DNA of 64,000 nt from Terriglobia bacterium (lineage in GTDB: Bacteria > Acidobacteriota > Terriglobia > JAJPHL01 > JAPKYU01). This document shows, in pieces, positions 17,609 to 29,833 of the stretch. Each line of letters opens with the position of its first letter. Positions within the stretch are counted from its first letter, which is position 1. The position numbers were made by a program, and so were the translations under genes. Location: positions 1,019,656-1,083,655 of the forward strand of contig CBDCVK010000010.1 in assembly GCA_965223005.1 (NCBI GenBank). The letters run 5' to 3'. The notes beneath the pieces were generated by a model. It saw only the letters and a program-made list of their open reading frames with translations. It had not been told where the DNA came from and made no database searches.

Positions 17609-18661
17609 ATGCAAAGGATCTTGATTCTGCGCCTGGGCTCGATGGGCGACATTATTCACACGCTGCCGGCAGTGGCCACGCTGAAGCGCGGCTTCCCCGA
17701 TGCGGAGATTGATTGGGTGGTGGAAGGGCACTGGGCGCCGCTGCTTGAGCGCAATCCGTATCTGGCCCAACTGCACCGGCTGGAAACACGCTCCTGGAGG
17801 CGGCGGCTGGCCGCAGCCGGCACTTGGCGCGCCTTGCTGGGGAGCGTCAGCCGGCTCCGGCGCCGGGGCTACGATTGCGCGCTGGACTTTCAGGGCCTTG
17901 TCAAGTCGGCCGTAGTGGGGCGCCTGAGCGGCGCGGTGTCGGTGGTGGGGTTCGGCCGTGCTGAATTGCGCGAACGGGCCGCCGCCCTGTTCTACACAGC
18001 GCAGGCGAGTCCCCCCGCAGACGGGCGTGCTGCCCACGTGGTGGAGCGGAACCTGGCGCTGGCTGCCGCGGTGGGAGCCAAAGAACCGGTGATGGAGTTT
18101 TGCTGTACGCCCGCCCCGGAAGCCGTGGCAAGCATGCGGGCGGCGACGGCCGGCTCCGCCGGCCTGCCCAGCCTATCCCACGTGCCACGCTACGCGATCG
18201 TGAGCCCTTCGGCCGGTTGGGCCGCCAAGCGCTGGCCGGAGGAAGCCTATGCAGGCCTGGTGTTACGCCTCCGCCGGGAGCTGAGCTTGCGGGTAGTGAT
18301 TCATTGTGGCCCCGGCGACGAGCTGATCGCCGAACGAGTGGCGGAACTTGCCGCCGACGCCCGACCCCTGCTGCTGCGCCCTTCGCTGGGCGAATTGATG
18401 GCTTTGGTGCGCGAGGCGGCGCTGCTGGTGGCGGGCGACACCGGTCCGTTGCATCTGGCCGCTGCCTGCGGCACGCCAGTGGTGGCGGTCTTCGGCCCCA
18501 CTGACCCGGCGCGCAACGGCCCCTTTTCTACAGCCAGCCGCGTGGTCCGGGCCGAGGACGCGTCGACCACCTACTCGCGGGCCGCCGACCGGCAAGCCAT
18601 TCGCAGTGTCACGGTCGAGCAGGTGTTTCGTGCCGCGGACGAGCTGCTGCAGGCCCGATGA
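17609..18661 (+). CDS. GT9 heptosyltransferase (WaaC-like)
   Basis: 350 aa GT9. LILRLGSMGDIIHTLPA N-terminus as in heptosyltransferase I. Confidence 0.7.
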   Translation: MQRILILRLGSMGDIIHTLPAVATLKRGFPDAEIDWVVEGHWAPLLERNPYLAQLHRLETRSWRRRLAAAGTWRALLGSVSRLRRRGYDCALDFQGLVKSAVVGRLSGAVSVVGFGRAELRERAAALFYTAQASPPADGRAAHVVERNLALAAAVGAKEPVMEFCCTPAPEAVASMRAATAGSAGLPSLSHVPRYAIVSPSAGWAAKRWPEEAYAGLVLRLRRELSLRVVIHCGPGDELIAERVAELAADARPLLLRPSLGELMALVREAALLVAGDTGPLHLAAACGTPVVAVFGPTDPARNGPFSTASRVVRAEDASTTYSRAADRQAIRSVTVEQVFRAADELLQAR

Positions 18662-19203
18662 GTTGGAAGCGCTACGCCGAATTGGCTGCCCGCATCCGTG
18701 TCCCCTGCGGATTCCTGCTGGTGGCCGTCTATGCGTTCTTTACGCAGCCCAGTCCAAAACTGCTGACTCTAGGCGCGGCCGTGGCGCTGGCGGGGATTGC
18801 TCTGCGGGCGTACGCTGCCGGGCACCTGGAGAAGAATCTTCGGCTGGCAACTTCGGGACCCTATGCCTACTCACGCAACCCCCTCTACCTGGGCTCCGCT
18901 CTCGTGGCGCTGGGGTTCGCCCTGGCCGGAGGAGTCTGGTGGTTGGGACTGTTGTTGACGTTGTTCCTGGTGACGCTGTACCTGCCAGTGGTGAGCGAAG
19001 AAGAAGCGCATTTGGCCAAGCTGTTTCCCGAGTTCCGTGAGTACGCAGCGGCAGTGCCGCGATTCTGGCCCAGGCGGCCTGTCCGGGTCGAAAGGTCCGC
19101 CTCAAGCAGCTTCCGCTGGGCCTTGTATTCGAAGAACCAGGAGTACAATGCGTTGCTGGGCTATCTGCTTGGCATTGCGTTGCTGCTTTGGAAGCTGCTC
19201 TAG
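18658..19203 (+). CDS. Isoprenylcysteine-carboxyl/phospholipid methyltransferase-family membrane protein
   Basis: 181 aa, multi-TM, ICMT/PEMT-like motif SGPYAYSRNPLY. 4-nt overlap with the preceding GT9 gene. Confidence 0.55.
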   Translation: MSWKRYAELAARIRVPCGFLLVAVYAFFTQPSPKLLTLGAAVALAGIALRAYAAGHLEKNLRLATSGPYAYSRNPLYLGSALVALGFALAGGVWWLGLLLTLFLVTLYLPVVSEEEAHLAKLFPEFREYAAAVPRFWPRRPVRVERSASSSFRWALYSKNQEYNALLGYLLGIALLLWKLL

Positions 19204-19254
19204 TCGCCTGACTGGCTCATTCCGCTGTGCTGCCATGGTGCAGCCGCGGCACTT

Positions 19255-20067
19255 GTGGCAAAGGCTCACTCGATGACCCACGGCAACTGGGCGAAACTCG
19301 TTGGAGCGACACTTGCAGCAGCGCTACTGGGGGCGCTTGCGGCCTGGCCTCAGGCCTCCGGCCTTACCTCCGACACTACCGTTCCGTTCCCTTCGGGGGA
19401 GGTCCTGCGATACCGCATTTCGTGGCGGTTGTCCCCAGCTGGGGAAGGTCGCATCCAGGTTGAGGGCCATAGCCCAACCGACGGGCTACCTTACTGGGAA
19501 GCCACGGTCAAAGCCGCCTCCAATGGCTTTGTCTCCAAGTTGTTCCCGGTCAACGACACGTTGATTTCCCGCTTTGATAACGGGGCGATGTGTTCTCAAT
19601 TCCTCCTCAAGACCCTGCACGAAGGCCGCCGGCACCGCTCCATCCGCATTGACTTCCAAAAGGAGCGCCAGATGGCAGTGCTGGAGGAAACCGACCCGAA
19701 CCACGGCCGCCTGGTTCGTCAGGCCGAGAACTCCATCCCCAAATGCGCTTACGACCTAGTCTCCGCACTGTTCTACGTGCGTTCGCTGCCGCTGGTGGTC
19801 GGCCGGACCTTCCAGGTACCCGTCAACGATGGGTCTAAGACCCTGCCCATCCAGGTGGAAGTACAGGCCGAGGAAGAAGTGAGGACCGGCGCGGGGGACT
19901 TTCCCGCCATCCGTGTCGAACCCACAATTGTGGGTGGATACTTGTTCCAAGGAAGAGGCCGCTTGCACATCTGGTTCAGTGACGATCCCCAACGCCTCCC
20001 AGTTCAGATACGGGCCCGCTTATGGGTGGGCACCATCACCGCTGTCCTGGAAGAAATCGAACGCTAG
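19255..20067 (+). CDS. DUF3108-like exported protein
   Basis: 270 aa with a signal peptide and beta-rich body. Confidence 0.45.
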   Translation: MAKAHSMTHGNWAKLVGATLAAALLGALAAWPQASGLTSDTTVPFPSGEVLRYRISWRLSPAGEGRIQVEGHSPTDGLPYWEATVKAASNGFVSKLFPVNDTLISRFDNGAMCSQFLLKTLHEGRRHRSIRIDFQKERQMAVLEETDPNHGRLVRQAENSIPKCAYDLVSALFYVRSLPLVVGRTFQVPVNDGSKTLPIQVEVQAEEEVRTGAGDFPAIRVEPTIVGGYLFQGRGRLHIWFSDDPQRLPVQIRARLWVGTITAVLEEIER

Positions 20068-20214
20068 AAGATCGTCCCATTGCCGGGGGAGTTGGCCTAT
20101 GTTCATTTCGCCCTATGGCCGAGTTCGTCCAAAACATGACTGGTCGGATGTATACTTGCGGCCACCAGAAGCCGAAAACGGAAATCCTGGCTTAAGCCCT
20201 CAAAGGAGCGAGAC

Positions 20215-21090
20215 ATGCCATTCTGCTCTAACTGTGGTTCGCCGATGGAAGGAAACTTCTGCGCCAAGTGCGGGACGCGCACGGGGTCGACCGCCACGGC
20301 GGGCAGCCCGCCCCCGGCAGCGACCCCCATGACCACCACGTCCGGCCCGGGGGCGCCGCAAAAGAAAAAGGGACCTCTGTTCTGGATCCTGGTGGTGGTG
20401 GCGGCACTTTTCGTGCTTACCAGCATCGCTGTCATTGGCGGCGGGTTGTTCGTTGCTCAGAAGATCAAGCAAGCCGGCTTCGATCCGGAGCTGGCAGAGA
20501 AGAACCCGGGGCTGGCGGCGGCCAAGATGATCGCCGCAATGAACCCTAACGTGGAAGTGATCTCTACCGACGAGGACAGCGGCACCGTCACCTTGCGGGA
20601 TAAGAAAAGCGGCGAGACCGTGACGATGAATTTCGAGGACGTTAAGAAGGGCAGGATTGTCTTCGAAGGAAAAGGCGGCGAGAAAGTCGAGATCCAAGGG
20701 CAAGGCCAGGGCTCCTCCGAGTCGCTTCGTGTAGACTCCGCTGAGGGCTCCATGGTTTTCGGCGCCGGTGCCGGCAAGCTTCCAGCCTGGTTGGCCGCTT
20801 ATCCGGGAGCTGAGGCGACCGGTGGCGCGACCATGCAAGGTCCGGAGGGCGAGGGTGGAACGGCAGGGTTCAAGACCGGCGACTCCCCCGAGCAGGTTGC
20901 CGCGTTCTACGAGCAGCAGCTCAAACAAGCCGGGATGAAGACGACCAAGAACGTCATGGACCAGGGTGGAGGGGTCAAACTCATCAGTCTGCACGGCGCC
21001 GATGACGCCAGAAAGCGAACCGCCACCATCGTGGTTACCGTCACCGACGAGGGCACGGCCGTCGCTGTGACCCACCAGAGCAAGAAATAG
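20215..21090 (+). CDS. Zinc-ribbon / single-TM membrane protein
   Basis: N-terminal CSNCGSPMEGNFCAKCG zinc ribbon, then a Pro-rich linker, a TM helix (FWILVVVAALFVLTSIAVIGGG) and an extracytoplasmic Gly-rich domain. Confidence 0.5.
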   Translation: MPFCSNCGSPMEGNFCAKCGTRTGSTATAGSPPPAATPMTTTSGPGAPQKKKGPLFWILVVVAALFVLTSIAVIGGGLFVAQKIKQAGFDPELAEKNPGLAAAKMIAAMNPNVEVISTDEDSGTVTLRDKKSGETVTMNFEDVKKGRIVFEGKGGEKVEIQGQGQGSSESLRVDSAEGSMVFGAGAGKLPAWLAAYPGAEATGGATMQGPEGEGGTAGFKTGDSPEQVAAFYEQQLKQAGMKTTKNVMDQGGGVKLISLHGADDARKRTATIVVTVTDEGTAVAVTHQSKK

Positions 21091-21112
21091 CGCCGCCTCG
21101 TCCCTGGAATTC

Positions 21113-21670
21113 TTATTTGAAGGCGTCGCCACGATCGCAAACGGCCTCGCCTTTGACCGTCACCTGCGCTCGATCTTCTTTGCCTTCACTCTTGTCGTAC
21201 GCCGTGAACTCGAACCGGACCTTGACCTGGTCGCCGAACTCGAGAAACTCCGCCTCTCCTTGCGTGTCATGGGAGAAAAGCATTCTCGGTCCGGTAAACG
21301 ATCCCCCCAGCGTGTTCTTCCTGTTCAGATAGCTAAATTGCACGGGATACTTGCCCGGCTTGGGGTCAAACTTTCGCGAGAAGAACAGGTTGACGCCGTA
21401 CGTCCTCTTCAGCCGCTTGACCGCCGCGGGCGAGGAAACCATGTTCAACGCCCAAATATTGCGCCGGTTCTTGATCAGAGTAGCCGTTGCGTCATCCACA
21501 GCCACAGTCACGTCGCCTGCGACCTCGAAGTACGTGGATGATCGCTGGGCGGGCGGCGGGGAGCTGGCGCTCGCGGACGGGCGCGCGTATTGCGAGCCCT
21601 GCGGCGAGCCGTCGGATTGACAGCCAATAAAGAGCCCGAACAGCACGAAGACGAGAAAGGACTTGCGCAT
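21113..21670 (-). CDS. Lipoprotein, hypothetical
   Basis: MRKSFLVFVLFGLFIGC lipobox; 185 aa. Confidence 0.5.
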   Translation of the reverse strand: MRKSFLVFVLFGLFIGCQSDGSPQGSQYARPSASASSPPPAQRSSTYFEVAGDVTVAVDDATATLIKNRRNIWALNMVSSPAAVKRLKRTYGVNLFFSRKFDPKPGKYPVQFSYLNRKNTLGGSFTGPRMLFSHDTQGEAEFLEFGDQVKVRFEFTAYDKSEGKEDRAQVTVKGEAVCDRGDAFK

Positions 21671-21903
21671 CTGAGGCCTCCGACCAGGAGGCTACCGGAG
21701 CCTGGCTCGTGGGTCAATCCAAAGCAGCCTGCGGGCTGTCGCTCAGCCAGGTCAGGCAGAGCGTGCGAGCAGGCGTTTGCCAGGACTTACATGGACGTCG
21801 CTGGTCCCTCCCGCGTCCAACGCGAAAAGCTTTCAGCAAGCAAGGCAAGCCAACTACGACACCGTGGCGAAATGCACGTTACACTTGGGCGCCGGAGGCA
21901 AAG

Positions 21904-22227
21904 ATGAGTCAACAACGAACCGTGATGCAGGAGATTGCTCCACGCCTGGCGGAGCTGAGCACCCAGGTATTGTTCGGCGACATTTGGGAACGTCCGGGCC
22001 TGTCCAAGCGCGAGCGCAGCCTGATTACCGTGGCGGCGCTAACGGCCCTTTACCGCACCGATCAACTGCGCAGCCATGTCCGGAGGGCTCTGGCAAATGG
22101 GGTCACGAAAGAAGAGATCGGCGAGGTCATCACCCACATGGCTTTCTACGGAGGGTGGCCCACAGCGGCCAATGCGGTTCAGGTGGCCAAGCAGGTGTTC
22201 GACGAGGCCGGACCGGGCAATCCCTGA
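21904..22227 (+). CDS. Carboxymuconolactone-decarboxylase-family protein
   Basis: 108 aa from the internal ATG at 21904. CMD-family pattern ...RERSLITVAALTALYRTDQLRSHVRRALANGVTKEEIGEVITHMAFYGGWP. Confidence 0.65.
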   Translation: MSQQRTVMQEIAPRLAELSTQVLFGDIWERPGLSKRERSLITVAALTALYRTDQLRSHVRRALANGVTKEEIGEVITHMAFYGGWPTAANAVQVAKQVFDEAGPGNP

Positions 22228-22583
22228 CGGCCCGTTACTGCCACCGCGCAGGGCAGGCGTCAATCTCCCGATGCCGCGCGTGGGGAAGGGTCTTCCCGCC
22301 TTCGTGGCCGGAACCTCGCGGGGTAGTCGGCTGCCGAGTGCAGGCGGCGCTTCGCGCCCCTTGCACATGATTGCCTGCGCCGCTCGGCCTCGCCCCCGAG
22401 CCTCAGCACAATACGTTTCCGACCCGTGCGGTGGTCCCTCCGGCCGAATCCATATGTTCAACGCCACCCCTTCGCCCATGACCACCTACGAAAGCTGACT
22501 GTAGCAAAGCAGCTTCCGTTGCTCCATCCACGCCGGCGGCGAAAAGCGTCGCGCGGCCTGCCGTGATAAAATAGAAAGAAGAG

Positions 22584-25472
<2,889 letters not shown>

Positions 25473-25663
25473 CCCCCAAGGCTCAGAGGCCCCGGCCCCG
25501 GTTCCCGTTTCCCGCAGCTGTCCATCTTTCCCAAAGCCGCGCGCGTCTTTGCCGAAGCTTTCCCGAAGCTGGCCCGAAACTGAAGATTGGCACAGGCGTG
25601 GACGCTTGTCGCCACTTCTGCTAAATTGCAATAAGTAGTCGGAAGGAGCACTCAACGGGCGCA

Positions 25664-26881
25664 TTGGCCAGCAAGCAGAAGCACCTGGTGGCGCTGGACG
25701 CAGGCAGCGTCAAGACGTGCGCGCTGGTGGCCGAGGTCACGGCCACCGGCAAGCTCAGATGCCTGGCGCTGGGACGGGTCGAATCCAGGGGCTGGCGCAA
25801 GGGCCTGATCATCAATCTGGACGCGGTTGTCTCTTCCATCCGCAGAGCTGTTGAACAAGCCGAGCACGCCATCGGCGCACCAGTGGAAAGCGCGGTCATG
25901 GGTTTGGGGGCCTCCCAGCTGAAGGGGGTCAACAGCCGGGGGGGCATCAACATTTCTTCCCGCCATCGAGAGATACAGCGCGAGGATGTGCGCAAAGCGG
26001 TGGAGGTAGCCCGCACGATCCCGCTGCCGTCGGATTGCACCGTGTTACACGTCGTGCCCCAGGAATTCTTGCTGGATTCCCAGGATGGCATCCGCGACCC
26101 GGTGGGGATGATCGGGGGGCGGCTGGAGGTCAACGTGCACATCGTAACGGCCGCCTCCGGCGCTGTTACCAACCTGGTGACTGCCGCGAACCGGGCCGGC
26201 TTAGTTGTGGAGAAGACCGTGCTGGAACCGCTGGCCGCCTCGGAGGCCGTGCTAAACAGTGATGAGCGGGAGCTTGGGGTGGTGCTGGTGGACATCGGGG
26301 CCGGTTCGACGGATGTAGTAGTCTTCCGCCAGGGGGCACTCCAGCACTGCGTCACCATTATGATCGGAGGTGATCATTTCACCAATGACATCGCAGTCGG
26401 CCTTCGTACCCCCATCCCCGATGCGGAGAAGATCAAACGCAGCTTTGGCGTGGCAACTCACCTGCTGGCCGGAGAAAACACTTCCATTGAGGTGCCCAGC
26501 GTGGGCGACCGGCCGTCTCGGCTGATGCCCCAGCGCGCTCTGGCCGATATCCTGGAGCCGCGCGCCCAGGAAGTGCTCACCCTGGTACGGGACGAGTTGC
26601 GTCGCGTGGGTCTGGAGCGACAAGTGGGTGCGGGGGTAGTCTTGACCGGCGGCGGCGCCCGACTGGCGGGGATGTGCGACGTCGCCGAGGAGATTCTGGA
26701 CGTTCCAGCCCGCATCGGCCTACCGGCTAAACTGGATGGCGGACCAGAAACACTGGAGCACCCGGCCTACGCCGCACTGGTCGGCTTGTTGTTCTTCGCC
26801 CAACGCGTGCGCCAGCGCCAAGAATTCCAGCGGACGGGCCTGGGACCCCGGATTCGGACCTTTTTCGCGGGCAAAGGATAG
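25664..26881 (+). CDS. ftsA: Cell division protein FtsA
   Basis: 405 aa actin-like ATPase with [17 protein letters not shown] and [16 protein letters not shown]. Confidence 0.9.
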   Translation: MASKQKHLVALDAGSVKTCALVAEVTATGKLRCLALGRVESRGWRKGLIINLDAVVSSIRRAVEQAEHAIGAPVESAVMGLGASQLKGVNSRGGINISSRHREIQREDVRKAVEVARTIPLPSDCTVLHVVPQEFLLDSQDGIRDPVGMIGGRLEVNVHIVTAASGAVTNLVTAANRAGLVVEKTVLEPLAASEAVLNSDERELGVVLVDIGAGSTDVVVFRQGALQHCVTIMIGGDHFTNDIAVGLRTPIPDAEKIKRSFGVATHLLAGENTSIEVPSVGDRPSRLMPQRALADILEPRAQEVLTLVRDELRRVGLERQVGAGVVLTGGGARLAGMCDVAEEILDVPARIGLPAKLDGGPETLEHPAYAALVGLLFFAQRVRQRQEFQRTGLGPRIRTFFAGKG

Positions 26882-27008
26882 GAGAGCGGAGATTGCGGAC
26901 AGTCAGCTGACAAGACAAAGACACAAAGAGACGCAAGTGCATGAAGATTTTGTTTGTGTTCCTGTGCTCTTTGTGTTGTTTCTTGACTTCGGGCCCCGAG
27001 TTGGCTCT

Positions 27009-28223
27009 ATGGACGAAACCATCAAATTCAGTTTTGGCGACGAACCGCGTGGCGGCGCGCGAATCAAGGTGATCGGGGTCGGCGGGGGAGGCGCCAACGC
27101 CGTCAACCGCATGATCTCGGTGGGCATGGAAGGCGTGGAATTTTTGGTGACCAACACCGACGCCCAGGCTCTCCGCCAGTCGCAGGCCCCGGTGAAGTTG
27201 CAGATTGGCTCCAAGCTCACCAAAGGACTGGGAGCCGGCGCCAACCCGGACCTTGGCCGCCGGGCCGCGCTGGAGGATACCGATAAACTGATCGAAGCGC
27301 TGGAAGGCGCCGACATGATCTTCGTGACCACCGGCTTGGGCGGCGGCACGGGTACCGGCGCTGCGCCCATTGTCGCTTCGCTGGCCGGCGAACTGGGCGC
27401 GCTGGTAGTCGCCGTCATCACCAAGCCCTTTCCCTTTGAAGGCAAGCGCCGCATGCAGCAGGCCGAGGAAGGACTGGGCGCGCTGGCCGAAACTGTGGAT
27501 ACCGTCATCACCATCCCCAACGAACGCCTACTGTTGCTGGACCACGGAACCAGTTTCTTTGAAGCTTTCCACATCGCCGACGACATCCTGCGCCAGGCTG
27601 TGCAGGGCATTAGCGACATCATCACCATTCCCGGCATCATCAACCGCGATTTTGCCGACGTAAAGGCGGTGATGCAGGGAATGGGCTACGCGTTAATGGG
27701 AACGGCGGTGGCCTCGGGGGAGAACCGGGCAGTGGAGGCGGCCAACCGCGCCATTTCCAGCCCGCTGCTGGAAGATGCCTCGATCCAGGGAGCCAAAGGC
27801 ATCCTGATCAACATCACCGGCTCCAGCGACCTAATGCTGCACGAGGTCCATGAAGCCTCCTCCATCATCCACCAGGCGGCGCACGAAGACGCCAACATCA
27901 TCTTCGGCGCGGTGCTGAATGATCAGATGAAAGACGCGGTCAAGATTACCGTGATCGCCACTGGGTTTCGCTCGGAAACCGTCGGTGGACGGAGCGCCGC
28001 AGCGGTTGCTACCACCGCGGCGAAGGCCACTCGAGCGCCCGAGGAGGCCTCGCCTCCTTCGCCGCCTCCGATTCGCACGGCCTCTCCGATGCCCGCGGCC
28101 CCGGTGTCCAAGGGCCAGGACGCGCGCCGGGAGGAATTAGTGCACCAGCTCGATGGAGAGTTTGCCGAAGACGACCTGGATGTGCCCGCGTTCCTGCGCC
28201 GCAAGAAACCGGCTCCGGAGTGA
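27009..28223 (+). CDS. ftsZ: Cell division GTPase FtsZ
   Basis: Tubulin signature GGGTGTG and [14 protein letters not shown]. Start at the internal ATG 27009; the track ORF adds 91 spurious residues from an alternative start. Confidence 0.9.
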   Translation: MDETIKFSFGDEPRGGARIKVIGVGGGGANAVNRMISVGMEGVEFLVTNTDAQALRQSQAPVKLQIGSKLTKGLGAGANPDLGRRAALEDTDKLIEALEGADMIFVTTGLGGGTGTGAAPIVASLAGELGALVVAVITKPFPFEGKRRMQQAEEGLGALAETVDTVITIPNERLLLLDHGTSFFEAFHIADDILRQAVQGISDIITIPGIINRDFADVKAVMQGMGYALMGTAVASGENRAVEAANRAISSPLLEDASIQGAKGILINITGSSDLMLHEVHEASSIIHQAAHEDANIIFGAVLNDQMKDAVKITVIATGFRSETVGGRSAAAVATTAAKATRAPEEASPPSPPPIRTASPMPAAPVSKGQDARREELVHQLDGEFAEDDLDVPAFLRRKKPAPE

Positions 28224-28284
28224 GAGGGCAGCGGTCGACGTTCCTCCTGTCCAGCAGTTCCAACTCAAGCACAGAAGGAAGAAT

Positions 28285-29067
28285 TCAAGAAACCGAAAGC
28301 ATGTAGCGTTCAATGGAACGGGCGCGGCCGGTGGCTTCATCGGCGTCAAGGATCACTGCAGCAAGGCGCACATCGCCCCGGGCCGGCTCAAAGCGGACCG
28401 GCATGTGGGTGAGGAATTTTTGCAGAGCGATCTGGTGGTCTACGCCGATCACTGACTCGTAGGGGCCGGTCATCCCCACGTCGGTGATGTAGGCAGTGCC
28501 GCCGGGCAGTACGCGCTCGTCGGCGGTCGGCACGTGCGTGTGCGTGCCGATGACTGCGGTGACCCGCCCGTCGAGGAACCAGCCAAACGCCTGCTTCTCC
28601 GAGCTGGCTTCGCCATGGAAGTCCACGATACGAATGCGGCACTCGGCCGGCAACCGGGCCAGCTCCGCTTCGGCGGTTCGGAAAGGGGAATCGAGCGGCT
28701 CCATGAAAACGCGCCCGATCAGGTGCAGCACGGCATAAGGAACACCGGCCTGCGTCTGGCCACAAAAGAGTCCGCGCCCCGGCGCCTGGCACGGGTAGTT
28801 GGCACCCCGCAGCAGCCGCGGCTGCTGACCCAAATAGTCCAGGATTTCCTTCTTATCCCAGACATGGTTGCCGGTGGTCATTACCTCAATGCCTAGTTGA
28901 AACAGTTCTTCGGCCAGCCGCGGCGTGATGCCAAAGCCGGCAGCGGCATTCTCGCCGTTGGCCACGACCAGGTCAATTTTCTTGTTGGAAACGATGTCGG
29001 CCAGGTAATCAGCCACCGCCTTGCGGCCGGGACTGCCGTAAATGTCACCGATGAACAGGATTCGCAT
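28285..29067 (-). CDS. YmdB-like metallophosphoesterase (TIGR00282 family)
   Basis: MRILFIGDIYGSPGR...GNH...GTHTHV, a calcineurin-like fold. Confidence 0.8.
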   Translation of the reverse strand: MRILFIGDIYGSPGRKAVADYLADIVSNKKIDLVVANGENAAAGFGITPRLAEELFQLGIEVMTTGNHVWDKKEILDYLGQQPRLLRGANYPCQAPGRGLFCGQTQAGVPYAVLHLIGRVFMEPLDSPFRTAEAELARLPAECRIRIVDFHGEASSEKQAFGWFLDGRVTAVIGTHTHVPTADERVLPGGTAYITDVGMTGPYESVIGVDHQIALQKFLTHMPVRFEPARGDVRLAAVILDADEATGRARSIERYMLSVS

Positions 29068-29152
29068 GATGGGAAGGTGTCAGGCCTTAGGTTTCAGATG
29101 CCAGGTGTCAGCCGGGAACGAAGGCGTCGGCGCCAGACCACGGACACCTGTC

Positions 29153-29509
29153 TCAGACGGCGGTTTTGCGGAGTTCGGTGTCCAGCAAGCGGCTGAACTC
29201 GGCGCTTTTCTCGCTCACTGCCGCCAGCAGCGCTTCATGCAGGTTTTTCAGGGAGTGATACTCGTCGGCAATGTGGAGCGCAGTGAGCACGGCCACCCGA
29301 AGCGAGTCCACGTCCCGAGTTTTTCCGGCGATCGCCCGCATGCGGGTGTCCACGTACCGGGCCAGCCGTTCCACCTGTTCCGGGTCAAAGTCGGTGCCCG
29401 GACGAATGTGGTAAACCTGATCGTAGATGACAACGCGAATTCCAGAAGTTTCAGCCACGGATTCGCCTTCTTTGCTGCCTGGTTCGCTTCCCCTGCTCAG
29501 CCCGTTCAA
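29153..29509 (-). CDS. zapA: Cell division protein ZapA
   Basis: ~100-118 aa. IRVVIYDQVYHIRPG followed by a helical tail. Lies downstream of pheST as in Firmicutes. Confidence 0.6.
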   Translation of the reverse strand: MNGLSRGSEPGSKEGESVAETSGIRVVIYDQVYHIRPGTDFDPEQVERLARYVDTRMRAIAGKTRDVDSLRVAVLTALHIADEYHSLKNLHEALLAAVSEKSAEFSRLLDTELRKTAV

Positions 29510-29539
29510 GGCAGGCGGCCGAAAGCGCGGGTCGCGCTA

Positions 29540-29830
29540 TTATCCGCCAGTTAGCTCCTTGGTCAATGAGTCTATCTGCCGCAGCAATTTTTCAACTCGC
29601 CGACGGACCTCTTCGCGCTCCTTGTGGGCTTCGGCCAGCTGCCGGCGCAGGGTTGCAACTTCCGCATCGTGCCCGGCCATCTCGGCGCGCACTTGTGCCG
29701 TCGTGGTTTCCGCCGCTTGGCGCGCCTGCCGCATCTGAGTCAGCAGCCGGATGGTATGGACGATCCGTTCCTCGAGCTCCTGGAGCTGCTCTAGAGTCTG
29801 CCGCTCGCCGCCAGGGGTCGTTTGGGCCAT
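29540..29830 (-). CDS. Coiled-coil protein, ZapB-like
   Basis: 96 aa, entirely heptad-like (LEQLQELEERI...LRRQLAEAHKEREE...). Confidence 0.4.
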   Translation of the reverse strand: MAQTTPGGERQTLEQLQELEERIVHTIRLLTQMRQARQAAETTTAQVRAEMAGHDAEVATLRRQLAEAHKEREEVRRRVEKLLRQIDSLTKELTGG

Positions 29831-29833
29831 TTC

